Shown here piece by piece: positions 27,833 through 41,820 of a DNA stretch of 64,000 nt. The notes beneath the pieces are model-generated. The model was not told where the DNA came from. It worked only from the letters and a program-made list of their open reading frames with translations, and made no database searches. Numbering within the stretch: position 1 is the first letter of the stretch; every line of letters begins with the position of its first letter. Both the position numbers and the translations under genes were made by a program. This stretch comes from Octopus vulgaris (Eukaryota), in contig OX597827.1 of assembly GCA_951406725.2 (NCBI GenBank), positions 80,972,001 through 81,036,000 of the forward strand. Reading direction: 5' to 3'.

Positions 27833-28784
27833 ATGAGGATTCACACATATTCATAATACACACTCACATGCATGCATCACACACACAAAATACACATGTA
27901 CAATTACACACATAAAGGCACACACACACAAAAACACACATTCATACATATACTGTCATACACCCAGATACATATACACACACCACACATATACACACAT
28001 ACAAATGGACACACACACACACATACACACTCAGACTCATTTCAGTCAAATTAGCTCTGACTGCGTTCAGTAGAAACTATTGCGGTTGTTGTTGTTGTTT
28101 AACCCCAGGTCAGTCCTGTTCTAACACTCCTATGATCAAGGCTATTCCAGATGTGACCACCTCATCTTTTGATTAGAACATAGTGTATGTAGAACAGTGT
28201 TACCTTGAGACCTCTTCCCTGTTTTAAGATATTGGATGTTATTACAGGATGATTTTGCTGCCATTTCCAGCAGGTCAAACGACCGCATAAACATGCCTTC
28301 AATGGCTCATGCAGTGGCCTGGGAGAATGGTCAGCATGCGAGGTAAAGTGCTTGGCTGTATTTCTTCAGTCTTTATGTTCTGAGTTCAAATTCTGCCAAG
28401 GTCGATTTTGCCGTTCATAAATTCGGGGTCAATAAGATAATTACCAGTTGCAGATTGGGTTGAGGTAATTAACTGACCCCCAACCCCTCACCCAAAGCTG
28501 TTGGCCTTGTACAAGAATTTGGAACTAATATCTCATGTAGAAAAGGATAAAGCCATTAACTTTCATTTATGACCACTGAAATAAATGCCTGAGACCCTCC
28601 ACGCACCATCAAGGCCCATACAACAGATTTGATGGGATCACTTAGAGAATATGACCCTACTTAAATTGCAGTAGGTATTCATTGAAGAAAAGACTCATTG
28701 AGGCAGGAAATTATAGGGAGGAAGAGAATAACCTGACAGGGTTGGACACTGTGTCACGTGGGTGGGGGATACATAATGACACAA

Positions 28785-29107
28785 TGGCACATTGTGTCAC
28801 TACAGCACATTGAATGGGTGGCACATTGTGTCACAACAGCACATTGACTGGGTGGCACATTGTGTCACAACAGCACATTCACTGGGTGGCACATTGTGTC
28901 GCAACAGCACATTCACTGGGTGGCACATTGTGTCACAACAGCACATTGAGTGGGTAGCACATTGTGTCACAACAGCACATTGACTGGGTGGCACATTGTG
29001 TCACAACAGCATATTGAGTGGGTGGCACATTGTGTCACAACAGCACATTGACTGGGTGGCACATTGTGTCACAACAGCACATTGACTGGGTAGCACATTG
29101 TGTCACA
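28785..29107. repeat. 34-bp minisatellite (about 9 copies)
   Basis: Unit tgggtggcacattgtgtcacaacagcacattgac, with starts at 28815, 28849 and so on. Confidence 0.95.
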
Positions 29108-30108
29108 GTTGTACACCAATACCACCATCACTTACCAAACCACTACCATCAACTCCCCTAACAACCACCAAGCTATCCATACCACTGCCCGACCATACTG
29201 TAGCAGTCATTAATGGTATTGGTGGCATGGCAGGAGTGTTAGTCAGTGTAAGACAATGGTATCGATGGTATGTTGTACAAAAAGCTATCTGACCGACCAC
29301 AATATATTCATAGAAGACATCAAAAAGTTATCGAAGTTGTTGCTTTGGTTATTGTTCTTATTTTTGGTGTCGGAAACCAGCTTTGTTTGGTGTAAATATA
29401 GAAATGGAGCGAGTACAGCCAGACGGTCTTGTGACTGTGCTACAGTACCAGTTCACAGAGTCACTGAAGAGATTACACAGCCGGAAATCAATTTAGAATT
29501 GCTGATTTCAATAACCATTCTTGATAATTCTTCTTGTCTGGAACAGTTCTTAGAATGATCAAAGGAATTACAAGAAGCATTGTTTGGAAAGTTATCCATT
29601 TCCTCTCGAAAATATTTCAAGAACTGCCTGTATTTTAGAACGAGTCTAATTCAAAGAGTCTCTCTTTTAATAACTGTTATTCCGAATAGCAGTGTTTTAT
29701 TTATTTGTATCTCTTTTTTTTATTATTTTTGGTTCTACTTCAGAATAACAGTTCTTTAGAACAACTGTTCATATTTACACAATGAGGATATCATTTGTGA
29801 AAGAAAGAGCTGTTCCTTGCAACAATATGGTCATGGTGTGTGTGTGTGCGTGTGTGTGAGCACGTGTGTGTATGGGCGTGTGTGTGAGCATGTGTGTGTG
29901 TGTATCTATCTGTTCGTCTGACTGTCTTTCTCTCTCTATCTATTTATCTATCTATCTGTCTGTCTGTCTGTCTATCTGTCTATCTGTCTGTCTATCTATA
30001 TATCAGTCTGTCTTTCTGTCTACCTATCTGTCCATCTATCTATCTATCTATATCTATCTGTCTGTCTGTCTGTCTATCTGTCTGTCTGTCTGTCTGTCTG
30101 TCTACCTG

Positions 30109-30207
<99 letters not shown>

Positions 30208-30730
30208 GTCTGCCTGTTCATCTCTGTCTATCAGTGCTACTTACAATGAGACTCAAAGCTTAAGAGTTTCGTGTACAGCATTTACAACATTGATATGTGC
30301 ATGCACGAAACTCCTGGCCTTTGAGTCACTCTGCAAATATGCACTCATGTTATCCTGTTTGTTCTACCAAACACACACACACACACACACCTATCTATAT
30401 ACATATGAGCCACTGAATTATCTCTCCTTCTTTACTCTCCCCATACACTACACTCACAACCTTTCCAACCACCCACCACCATCTCCCCCCCCTGTCTACT
30501 CTATCTTCATTACTTTTCTGCTACTCCTCAGCCCCATCATCATTTCCTACATCGACCCCTCAACTCTAGCCAATCTTTACAGTTGTCACCTACTCTTCCC
30601 TGCCTCTCCTACTTAACCCATACCCATTCCCCACTTCCCATCCTCTCATACACTCCTGCAACCTCCTCCCACCCACACTCTTGATTCCTCTGTCCCCATT
30701 CACTTCTTCTCACCTCATACTTTCAGGTGT

Positions 30731-30781
<51 letters not shown>

Positions 30782-31106
30782 TGCATGTGACTTGGACCAC
30801 AAGTTCACTTGTGGTCCCTCTCAAACTCCAGACATGAATTCTACATCTCAACAACAAATGACAACTAAGGAAGGCTATCTGCTGCGCCCTTTTTCTCTCA
30901 GTGGGTTCTTTGCAAATTGGACATTTGGGCCACGGGCAGAAGCATGACTTTACTTGCTGGAATGTTAGGGCTGACCATCAAATGGGGTCAGCATTTGTGA
31001 GGGACATGGTGTACTCATTGGGTGGGGCTGGCTTGACGCAATCCGGGTGAAGGCCACCAGAAGCACAAGGAAGAAAGTGCATGTAGGATTGGGATTGGGC
31101 TATAAT

Positions 31107-31487
31107 CGAAGGTGGGCACCATTAACCAAAAACTTAATTTCAATAACCATGATCCAGTTAATTCTTTAAAAAAGTTATCAATAAACCATTAACATTAATT
31201 TTTAATTGAGGAAAAAAAAAACAAGAAATCAGTTTTTGCTGTAAGACCACCTAAAAACACCTTTAAAAAGCGCCAAAACTATAAAATCCATTAACTTCAA
31301 TTCAACTGAAATTAACAGAAGTTTACTCAGGTTGGCTTGAGTTAACGAATGTTAAATGTAATGGAAGTTAATTAGTCCAATAATGATTTCCAAAGTTAAC
31401 TTTAAAATTAAATCGATAATGAAAATGTTAACCTCATAAATTAATGATTAACAGATTAACAGATTAACGGTCTGGTGCCCAGGTTTG
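31107..31487. mobile_element. hAT-like MITE
   Basis: Ends cgaaggtgggcacca / tggtgcccaggtttg. Flanking 8-mers gctataat and gttgtaat (6/8 match). Many internal ttaac sub-terminal motifs. Confidence 0.55.
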
Positions 31488-31877
31488 GTTGTAATCCAGG
31501 CCGTGTCTTCATGAAGTGCATCTGTGTATTCCAGTTCCCCAAAGTATATTTGTGGATGTTGCATTTTCTGTGAGAGTCGAAATTAGTGGAGAATATTTAT
31601 TGCAGAATAATGACAAAGTATTAAAAAGAGAGAGTGTTTTAGAGACAAACAGCTTTGGACGAAGGCCCATAGAGGTCCTAAGCACTTAAAAGATTCCATA
31701 TATATGGAATTCAAAATAGAAACAATAATATATCATAAAATAAATCCTTATTCTTCAAAATGAATCAAAACTGATGCTAAGATTGCAAATAAATGTATAT
31801 TTTTAGATGCTTCCACACACACAGACACACACACAGACACACACACACACAAACAGACACACAGACACACACACACA

Positions 31878-31915
<38 letters not shown>

Positions 31916-32397
31916 CACGCATATGCATAAATAAATGTACATACACATACATTGATATATACATGTATATATCTGTACATGAAAAATTCTCATCCAACCC
32001 ACACCAGTTTGGAAAAGCAGACATAGAGATGATAATGATGATGTTGATGATGATACTGATGCTGATGAAGGTTATTATATGGGGGAGGGGTGTTGATGGT
32101 ACAACAGACTTCCTCAATTTGATGATAATGATGATGGTGGTGGTGGGGGTTGTAAAATCAAGAAGTTAGTGTAGATGTTCGTAATGATGATGATGCTGAT
32201 GATGATCATCATCATTATTTAACATCCGTTTTTCATGCTGGTATGGGTTGGTAATTGTGGTGTAGGTGATGATTGTGATGATGATGGTGGTGAAAGTATT
32301 AGTGGTGGTAACAGTCTGCAGTGGTGGTGATGGTACAAGAGACTACATTTTCCATGTGAGAAATTCCACTCCTAAGTTATTAGCCAGCACGAAACAT

Positions 32398-32709
32398 TGG
32401 AAGAAGAAGAAGAAGAAGAAGAAGACGAAGAAGAAGGAAGAAGAAGAAGAAGAAGAAGAAGAAGAAGAAGAAGAAGAAGAAGAAGAAGGAGAAGAAGAAG
32501 AAGAAGAAGGAGAAGAAGGAGAAGAAGAAGACGAAGAAGAAGAAATAGAAGAAGGAGAAGGAGAAATAGAAGAAGGAGAAGGAGAAATAGAAGAAATAGG
32601 AGGAGGAGGAGGAGGAGAAGAAGAAGAAGAAGAAGAAATAGAAGAAGAAATAGAAGGAGGAGGAGGAGAAGAAGAAGAAGAAGACGAAGAAGAAATAGAA
32701 GGAGGAGGA
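32398..32709. repeat. Polypurine (GAA/GGA)n tract
   Basis: About 310 bp of almost pure A/G triplets. Confidence 0.95.
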
Positions 32710-33166
32710 TGAGGAGGCTCCTGTCCAAAGTATCCCTTGGTGTGGTTCTGTAAAAATCAACATGGCTGTGAAATGAATCTGTTCAGGACACGGCCACACC
32801 TAGAGCCATGTTTACAATCAATATCAATGTCTGAGATAAGTTTTTGTGGAGGCTAAATAATTATATATTCATCGGTTTGTTTGTTTTAGGTCCATTTTTC
32901 CATGCTGGTATGGGTTAGTGGAATATGTTATAACCCTTACTCATTCTCCAAGTAAGAGATCTCATATTCCTCACAGCTTTGATGGCATAAAGGGATCACG
33001 GGGTTTATTGATAAGAGCAACAACCCCTCTTGAACGTCTTAGCTTTTGAAGGAGCAAGCACAATTGTAAACAAACTCAAATGCACACACACACAAACATG
33101 CATGTACACACACACAAACATGCACACCAACACACATCTATCTATCTATCTATCTATCTGTCTATC

Positions 33167-33231
<65 letters not shown>

Positions 33232-33787
33232 TGAGGGTACTACTATTCGTAGATACCAACACGCTAAGAGGGACCAATGCGGTCAAAACTACTAAAAATA
33301 AATAGTTCAATACTGAATTTTTATTCCGACTAGGCAATTTGTTACCGAAATGCATTGCGAAAAAGCCCACCATTTTCATAGATATGTAAGGATAAACATT
33401 CGTACAAGCTACGACGAATTCTACGGTTGGCTATCGAGTTTGTAATGTTATGTTTTTTCTTATATTTCTTGAGTTTGTTGCACTGACGAACATGAAATGC
33501 ATATTCTGCATTAAATGTGAAATCCCATGTGATATGTAACTGAATTCTTTTTTAAAATGATGTGTTTTGAAGTTTTGCATTCGGTAAAATTTTGTTTATT
33601 TTTAGTAGTTTTGACCGCATTGGTCCCTCTTAGCGTGTTGGTATCTACGAATAGTAGTACCCTCAATATAATATAAATGAATATTTTCAAAGAGGAAGAA
33701 TTTACGGATTTTTTCTCTTACGAGGTTTTTCACGCTGACTACTGATAATTTCTTTTAAAGATTTTATCCTCAATTGTTAATTTATAA

Positions 33788-33844
<57 letters not shown>

Positions 33845-34075
33845 CTTTCATCTTTTACTTGTTTCAGTCATCAGACTGTGGCCATGCTGGGGCACCACCT
33901 TGAAGAATTTTTAATCAAATGGGTTAACTCCTGTACTTATTATTTTAAAGCCTAGTAGCTATTCTGTTGGTCTCTATTGCTGAACTGCTAAGCTATGAGA
34001 ATCTAAGCACATCAACACCAGTTGCCAAGTGGTGGTGGTGGTGGTTGAGGCAAATACAGACACAAAGACACACAC

Positions 34076-34157
<82 letters not shown>

Positions 34158-34225
34158 ATCTTCTTTCAGTCTCCATCTACCAAATCCACTTGCCCAAGGT
34201 GCCACACAGTGGGACTGAACCCAGA
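33845..34225 (-). mobile_element. Diverged SINE family A
   Basis: ttgtttcagtca..actgtggccatgctgg...ccaaggtgccacacagtgggactgaaccc. Confidence 0.75.
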
Positions 34226-34310
34226 ACTTGGCATCCTATGGGTTGGTGCACCTAGATTCTTATGAATCCATATAATAAAATCACACAAACACATGCACAC
34301 TCATATATAT

Positions 34311-34399
<89 letters not shown>

Positions 34400-34402
<3 letters not shown>

Positions 34403-34612
34403 GTCTGGCACCAGTGCGGGTGGCACGTAAAAAGCACCCACTACACTCACGGAGTGGTTGGCGTTAGGAAGGGCATCCAGCCGTAGAAACACTGCCAGAT
34501 CTGACTGGGCCTGATGAAGCCTTCTGGCTTCACAGACCCCAGTAGAACCGTCCAACCCATGCTAGCATGGAAAACGGACGCTAAACAATGATGATGATGA
34601 TGATGATGATGA
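34400..34612 (+). mobile_element. RTE 3' UTR copy
   Basis: Module at 34414-34439, conserved body, (GAT)n tail. Confidence 0.85.
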
Positions 34613-35324
34613 TATATACACATATATATGTATGTGTACATATATATATATATTTATATACACACATACATATATGTATATATATATAAATATATATGTG
34701 TATGTGTATATATATATATATGTGTGTGTGTGTGTGAGTGTGTGTTGAATGTGTGTATGTGTGTGTGTGTGTTTAGAAATGATGCTAAAGCAAACATTGG
34801 AACTTGGTTCAGTTCTGATTCATTGCATCTTGTCAGAATGTCCAACCCAACCCAGCATGGAAGATGGACAATGCACGATAATGATGATGATACACACACA
34901 CACACACACACAAAAATATACACATACATATGCACACACACACAAGCACACACATACACATGCATACATAAATACATACACACACGCACACACATACACA
35001 CACATACATATATATATACACACGCTACATACATTAATACATACAAACACACACACATACATACACATACATGCACACATGCACATATATATATACATGC
35101 ATACAAACACACACACATGCATACACACAGACACACACCCATATAAAGAGTTATTAATGAGGGATTGTCAATGTGGACAAAATCCTTGATAATCCGTTAG
35201 GAGAACCATGTTGACTTACAGTGGATTTGATCAGAATATGTCTCTACATGTGTGTGTGTGTACGTGTATGTGTGTATGTATATATATGTATATATTATAT
35301 ATGTGTATATATATATATATATAT

Positions 35325-35690
35325 ATACATCAGCATCGTTTAACGTCCGTTTTCCGTGCTAGCACGGGTTGGATGGTTCGACCGGGGTCTGGGAAGCCAG
35401 CCAGGGGCTGCACCAGGCTCCAGTCTGATCTGGCAGTGTTTCTACAGCTGGATGCCCTTCCTAACGCCAACCACTCCACGAGTGTAGTGGGTGCTATTTA
35501 CGTGCCACCTGCACAGGTACCAGGGGAGTCCGGCATCGGCCACGATCAGTTGGTGCTATTACCGTGCCACCAGCACGGAAGCCAGCCAAGGCGGCGCTGG
35601 CATCGGCCACGTTCGGATGGTGCTTTTTATGTGCCACCGGCACTGAAGCCAGTTGAGGTGGCGCAGGCATCGGCCATAAAAAAAGTGCCC
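35325..35690 (-). mobile_element. RTE 3' UTR copy with 3-4 modules
   Basis: Reverse complement of tail, plus gtgccaccNgcac modules at about 35502, 35564 and 35631. Confidence 0.85.
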
Positions 35691-36141
35691 TTTATATGTG
35701 TATATATATGCAGGTAAGCAGACAAATGAAAGATGGTATTCATCACATTTTGTAAGAGTTGCATATATTATTGAAAGCAATTTTATTTGGCCCCATGGCT
35801 TCTTACAGAAACGTGGTTTGTTGGGCTCAGTTAACTGAGCCCATTGAGTTAACTTTCAGTAAGGGGCTGATAAAACTTTCAGTGACATGGGGCCAAGTCA
35901 AACTATTTTAAATAATGATAATAATAATCATAACATCAACAACAGCAGCAACAATAAAATTATTGATTTCAAATTTTGGCTCAAGGCCAGCAATTCGGGG
36001 TGTGTGGGTAAGTCAGTTACATCGACCCCAGTATTTAACTGGTACTTATCTTTATTGGCCCTGAAGGGATGAAAGGTTAAGTTGACTTCAGCAGAATTTG
36101 AACTCAGCATGTAAAGCTAATAATATTAACAATATTATTGT

Positions 36142-36305
36142 AGGCGTAGGAGTGGCTGTGTGGTAAGTAGCTTGCTTACAAACCACATGATTCCAGGTTC
36201 GGTCCTACTGCATGGCACCTTAGGCAAGTTTCTTCTACTATAGCCTCGGGTCAACTAAAGCCTTGTGAGTAGATTTGGTAGATGGAAACTGAAAGAAGCC
36301 TGTCG

Positions 36306-36338
<33 letters not shown>

Positions 36339-36540
36339 TTGTGTGTCTGTGTTTGTCCCCCCAACATTGCTGACGACCGACGCTGGTGTGTTTATGTCCC
36401 CGTAACTTAGTGGTTCAGGAAAAAGAGACCGATAGAATAAGTACTTGGCTTACAAAAAATAAGTCCCGGGGTCGATTTGCTCGACTAAAGGCGGTGCTCC
36501 AGCATGGCCACAGTCACATGACTGAAACAAGTAAAAGAGT
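36142..36540 (+). mobile_element. Full-length SINE family A
   Basis: Colinear with 20277-20686. Confidence 0.88.
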
Positions 36541-37283
36541 AATAATAACAATATATCTCCATACACATCCGTGTGTGTGTGTGTGTGTGTGTATGTGTCT
36601 ATGTGTGTATGTATGTGTGTATGTGTGTGTGTATGTGTGTGTATGTATGTGTGTGTGTATGTGTCTATATGTGTGTATGTATGTGTGTATGTGTGTGTAT
36701 GTGTGTGTATGTATGTGTGTGTGTATGTGTCTATATGTGTGTATGTATGTGTGTATGTGTGTGTATGTGTGTGTGTATGTGTGTGTGTTAACCATGTAAA
36801 TTTATGTTTACAAGGAGACTAGCTTTGACACAAGTAAATGTTTATATAGACATAATGTGTGGTTCATAGTAACTTTTTACAGTAATGAGAAAACTTATAT
36901 CTGCCTTAATTAGAAATACTGCCCTCATTAACCCCACTCCCTCCTTAATTAGATAGCTGTATTGTTCAGGTCAGTTATTAGGATATTAATTTAGAGTTTA
37001 ACAAATTATTAACCTTTTCTTTCATCTTTCAATTAAATATGCTGGTTTTCTGATTGGACGATTCTGTGATTATCATCACATGGGGTATGTTGACATACGC
37101 ACACACATGCACACATACACTTGCATGAACACACACACAATGGCTACATACATGTGCATATACACATTATTAGATGCATACATATATGCATTCATATATA
37201 CATACACATACATATGCATACACATATATACGTACACATGTACATAAATGCATATACATACACACACACATATATATGTATGC

Positions 37284-37392
<109 letters not shown>

Positions 37393-37857
37393 CACACACA
37401 CACACATACATGCATATTCACAAACATTTAATCATTGCAGGTTTCATGACGTTGTTGTTGTTTAACCACAGGTCAGTCCTGAGCTGGCAGACCTATCATC
37501 CCAATTTCTCTTGCTATGACCATCTGATCTTTTATTCAGACATGATGTATCTTGGACTACATTATCCCATGTCTTCTTCCTTCTTAAGATGGCACAGTGT
37601 GAGTTGAGGATGATTTGCTTACTATTTCTAAGAGGTCTAGTGACCTCTTAGAGACTAATTTGCTTTAGGGGCAGCAGCAGCAGTAGTATCAGTAGTAGTG
37701 GTTGTAGTAGTATCAGTAGTAGTAGTTGTACTAGTAGTAGTAGTAGTAGTAGTTGTAGTATTAGTAGTAGTAGTAGTAGTAGTAGTTAAGCCCCAAATTA
37801 GTCCTGATCCAGCTCAGTTATAATGGAAATTATTCTGGCCATGACCATCCCGTCTAC

Positions 37858-38708
37858 TACTGGATTAACCAATTGTCAATATAAGCAAATGCTTAGGGTA
37901 TCAGGGGAAGGGGTTGGGAGCAGAGGCACCACAGAAATGGTACATGGTTTACAGCACAAAAGAAAATCCCTTTAAACTTGCTAAAATGATATTGGAAATG
38001 GTTTTTATAATCAGAAATATAATTTCAAAGAATTCATGATGTCATAAAAAAAAACAGTCGGAGAAAACTTTTCATCATCATCATCATCATCATCATCATT
38101 TAACGTCCGCTTTCCATGCTAGCATGGGTTCAACTGGGGTCTGGGAAGCCAGGAGGCTGCACCAGGCCCAGTCTGATCTGGCAGTGTTTCTACAGCTGGA
38201 TGCCCTTCCTAACGCCAACCACTCCGTGAGTGTAGTAGGTGCATTTTACGTGCCACCCACACAGGTGCCAGACGAGGCTGGCAAACAGCCACGATCGGAT
38301 GGTGCTTTTTATGTGCCACCAGCACGAGGCCAGTCGGTGCGGCGCTGGCAATGGCCACGTTCGGATGGTTCTCTTACGTGCCACCGGCACTGGTATCACA
38401 GCTACAAATTCCAATCTAAATAAAGTGGAAATATACAAAAAGAGACTTTATCTTCCATCTTGATGTTAGTTTTGTTTCATTTTGGAAAATAAGAATTTAT
38501 TTCTTGGTTTATTATTGTTTAGATTTTGAATTACATATTTTTGGATTGGAGCCTGGTACGGCCTCCCGGCTTGCCAGTCCTCAGTCAAACCGTCCAACCC
38601 ATGCCAGTATGGGAAGCAGATGTTAAACAACAACGATGATGATGATGGAGGCCCTGAAATCTTTTGAGTGCTAAGGACCTCTATGGATCTTACGGGTCCT
38701 GGTCCTGT
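37858..38708. mobile_element. Decayed hAT-like non-autonomous element containing RTE tails
   Basis: Left ggattaacc...aagcaaatgcttaggg and right gtgctaaggacctctatggatctta...ggtcctg. A related end lies at about 31655-31700. Confidence 0.4.
38073..38410 (-). mobile_element. RTE 3' UTR copy with 3 modules, nested in a hAT-like MITE
   Basis: Reverse complement of tail and modules. A second, opposite-strand tail fragment lies at about 38540-38645. Confidence 0.85.
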
Positions 38709-40573
38709 CCACGTTTAAGATATAATGTATACAGAATTACATTTCCCGAGAAGTTTAAGTGGTCTTCACGTTTTATGATAATAGGGTAGCTGTTTAGGAA
38801 GATTTGGTTGCTATTTCAAGCAGGCTGGTTTTCAGTACAGAGGTCCCTAACACAGGGGCTTACTACAACCACTCATCTATCAACATACTGTGTCTTATAT
38901 ATTGGTCAGATAGTCAGTTATTGAGGGCGGCTTTAATGGCTGCGTAGGTAACAGAGATAACACTGTCCCATGGCTGTGGGCAGTAATGTAATATGGCATC
39001 ATACTTGACCCACTGACCAAGGCCAAAATGCTTCTGTAATAGAGAGTGTAGCTGACTGACCAAAATATAAAAAGGGGTTTTATATCACAACTGTACCCTC
39101 CTAAATATGTAGGTAGTATTGTAATGGGTATCTCACTGCGGTGTTTGTAGGGGGGGGGTCAACAACTGACCAAAGCTGAAGAAGAAGACTTGTAGTGTTA
39201 AAGATGCAGTTTTGCCAAAATGAAATGACACAAAGGGGTTACAGACGGGGCTGTGAGTTTGCATTACAGCATGGCTTTTACAGTCAATGCCACTGGATGA
39301 CATCTTGAGCAAGTTTCTTTACTCAAAGCCTTCATTCAGCCAATACTTTGTGGTTGGTGTCTGTTAAACAGAAACTAAGAAGAAACTGATAAATAATGTG
39401 ATCCTGGATTTTGAGGGTCATACCCTGAAAATGTTAGTGGGTGTAACATGTCCACCACCTTGATCCAGGGTACCTCTAGCAGAGTCCACTTTTCTTCCTC
39501 ATTGTGTTGTACAGTCTTAGATATAATAGTGGAGGTAGTCATGGCTGGAGCATCTTTGGATATAGTTCTATTTGATCAATTGAAACCATGGGCTAAACAA
39601 CAACAACAACACCAACACCAACACCAACACCAACAAGATGTTAGCCAGCCAGGTAAAACCAAGCACAGTCCCCTAGACCAGTGTGGGAGACCCTGATAAA
39701 GGTCATCATCACTGTCCTTTCTACCCTCTCATAAAAACAAATAACTGAACTCCCTAACATTCCCTCCCTCCACCCCCACCCCACCCTGCAGCCATAATGA
39801 ACAGCTATGTCCCCCCCGCCCCATTCCCATTTCCACCCCCTCCTCCCAATTATTCTGACATTCACCTCTGACCTTTCACAACCAATTCATTAGAAATAAT
39901 TATGGCATGATTGTCGTTAATGGAAAGGTTGTTAGTCAGTCCCCATTATCACTAATTTAGGGGGACATTATCAGGGGGTAGGGGAGGAGCAGGGGCTGAA
40001 ATCACTTAGCATTAATAACTGGGGGTGTGATGGGGGAGTGGGGTTAGGCACACAAGCACTGATGGTGGTGGCGGTGTACTGGCGGCATTAGTAGTTTTAT
40101 GGTGCTTATGGTGATGGTACTTGGACAAAAATCACTTAGCATTAATAAATGGTTGTGTTAGTGGTGTAGTGGTGTTGCAGTGGTGTTTTGATGGTGGTGG
40201 TGATGGTGGTAGAGTATAACTATGCGGGTGATGCAGCATTGTGGTAATGATGATGATGATGATGATGATAGCAGTGGTCATCATGGTGTTGGAAGTGGTG
40301 GTGGTGGTGGTGGTGGTGATATTTGTTTCAAACAGGGTTTGTGGTGTTGGTGGTAGTGTGGGGATGCTGTTTAATGATGGTGCAGGTATTTCCACCACCC
40401 CCACCACCACCACCACCACCACCTTCATTAATTTCTTCATTTATTGCTGACCTTTAAACTTCCTGCTTAATTTTAGCCATTTTGTGTGTATATATACATG
40501 TTTGTAGCTGTGTATCAGTGTTTGCATATATTTACAGATCACCATGTATGTACATGTGTGTATATCCATGAAC

Positions 40574-40650
<77 letters not shown>

Positions 40651-40788
40651 CATAAGTGTGTGTGTGTGTGTGTGTGTGTATTATTCTTAAAGAGAACAGT
40701 ATTGACAGTGACTTCAAAGTTTTGGCAAGCAAAGCCATCACCGGATTCAGTAATTCCATCAGTTCAACGTAAACTTGTTTTTATTATA

Positions 40789-40891
<103 letters not shown>

Positions 40892-41123
40892 TATATATAT
40901 ATATAGATATAGATATCACGTGATCACGTGACCGACCAGTCCATCAGATGTAGTTACACATCGCTGGTCACAATGCGTTCGCATTGTTTTAGCCTTTGAA
41001 TGACGCCACCCTGCTGGCTAAGCAAGCAGGCCAAGATATAGATATAGATATATATATAATTAAAAAAGTTTTAATATTAGGGTATCTACGAGATACTGCC
41101 ATGCTGAAAATGGTAGCCATTGC

Positions 41124-41159
<36 letters not shown>

Positions 41160-41161
<2 letters not shown>

Positions 41162-41345
41162 TGTATGATGCATGTGTGTAAACTGCCATGCTTCATGGGC
41201 TGTGACTGCGGAGGACATGCGTAGACTCGAAAGAAATGAAGCTAGTATGATCCACTGGATGTGTAATGTCAGTGTCCATGCACGACAGAGTGTAAGTGCC
41301 CTGAGAGAAATGTTAGACATAAGAAGCATCGGATGTGGCGTGTAG
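41160..41345 (+). mobile_element. Internal RTE ORF fragment (same family as 1987-2490)
   Basis: ctgtatgatgcatgt...gctgtgactgcggaggacatgcgtagactcgaaagaaatgaagctagtatg encodes LYDAC...AVTAEDMRRLERNEASM. Confidence 0.85.
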
Positions 41346-41820
41346 GGTCAGAATAATAAAAGGTAAAATTTCCTATTTCAGCATAAATTCTTCGCATATT
41401 ATTACTATATATTTTTTTTAAAAAAAACTAATACGTAGAAATATATTCTTAAAAGTATACAAACATATCTTATGACCGTTATATTAGCTTTTATTCGTTT
41501 CAAATTTTTGTTCTTATTATATATATTTTTTAATTATCGACGCTCACACTTAAAAATGTAAACATATTTAATTCAGTCTGTTCCAGGATCTAAAAATCCT
41601 CATATGTAATTTCTGTCAAATATTTCCTTGATGAGATTCTTACCCAAAAACATTTTTATAAATTTATTATTGGGATTGAATTAAAACAATTGTAGGATTA
41701 AAATATTTACATTATATTACAATAATAATAATAATAATAATAAATATATATATACATATATATATATATATTTATATATATGCATACATACATATATATA
41801 TGTGGTCTGATCAATATATA

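Noticed and set aside
28785-29107. CRISPR-like array
   Set aside because: Units are contiguous with no unique spacers, there are no cas genes, and the context is eukaryotic.
32266-32753. Poly-Glu or poly-Arg protein
   Set aside because: Simple (GAA/GGA)n tract with no exon context.
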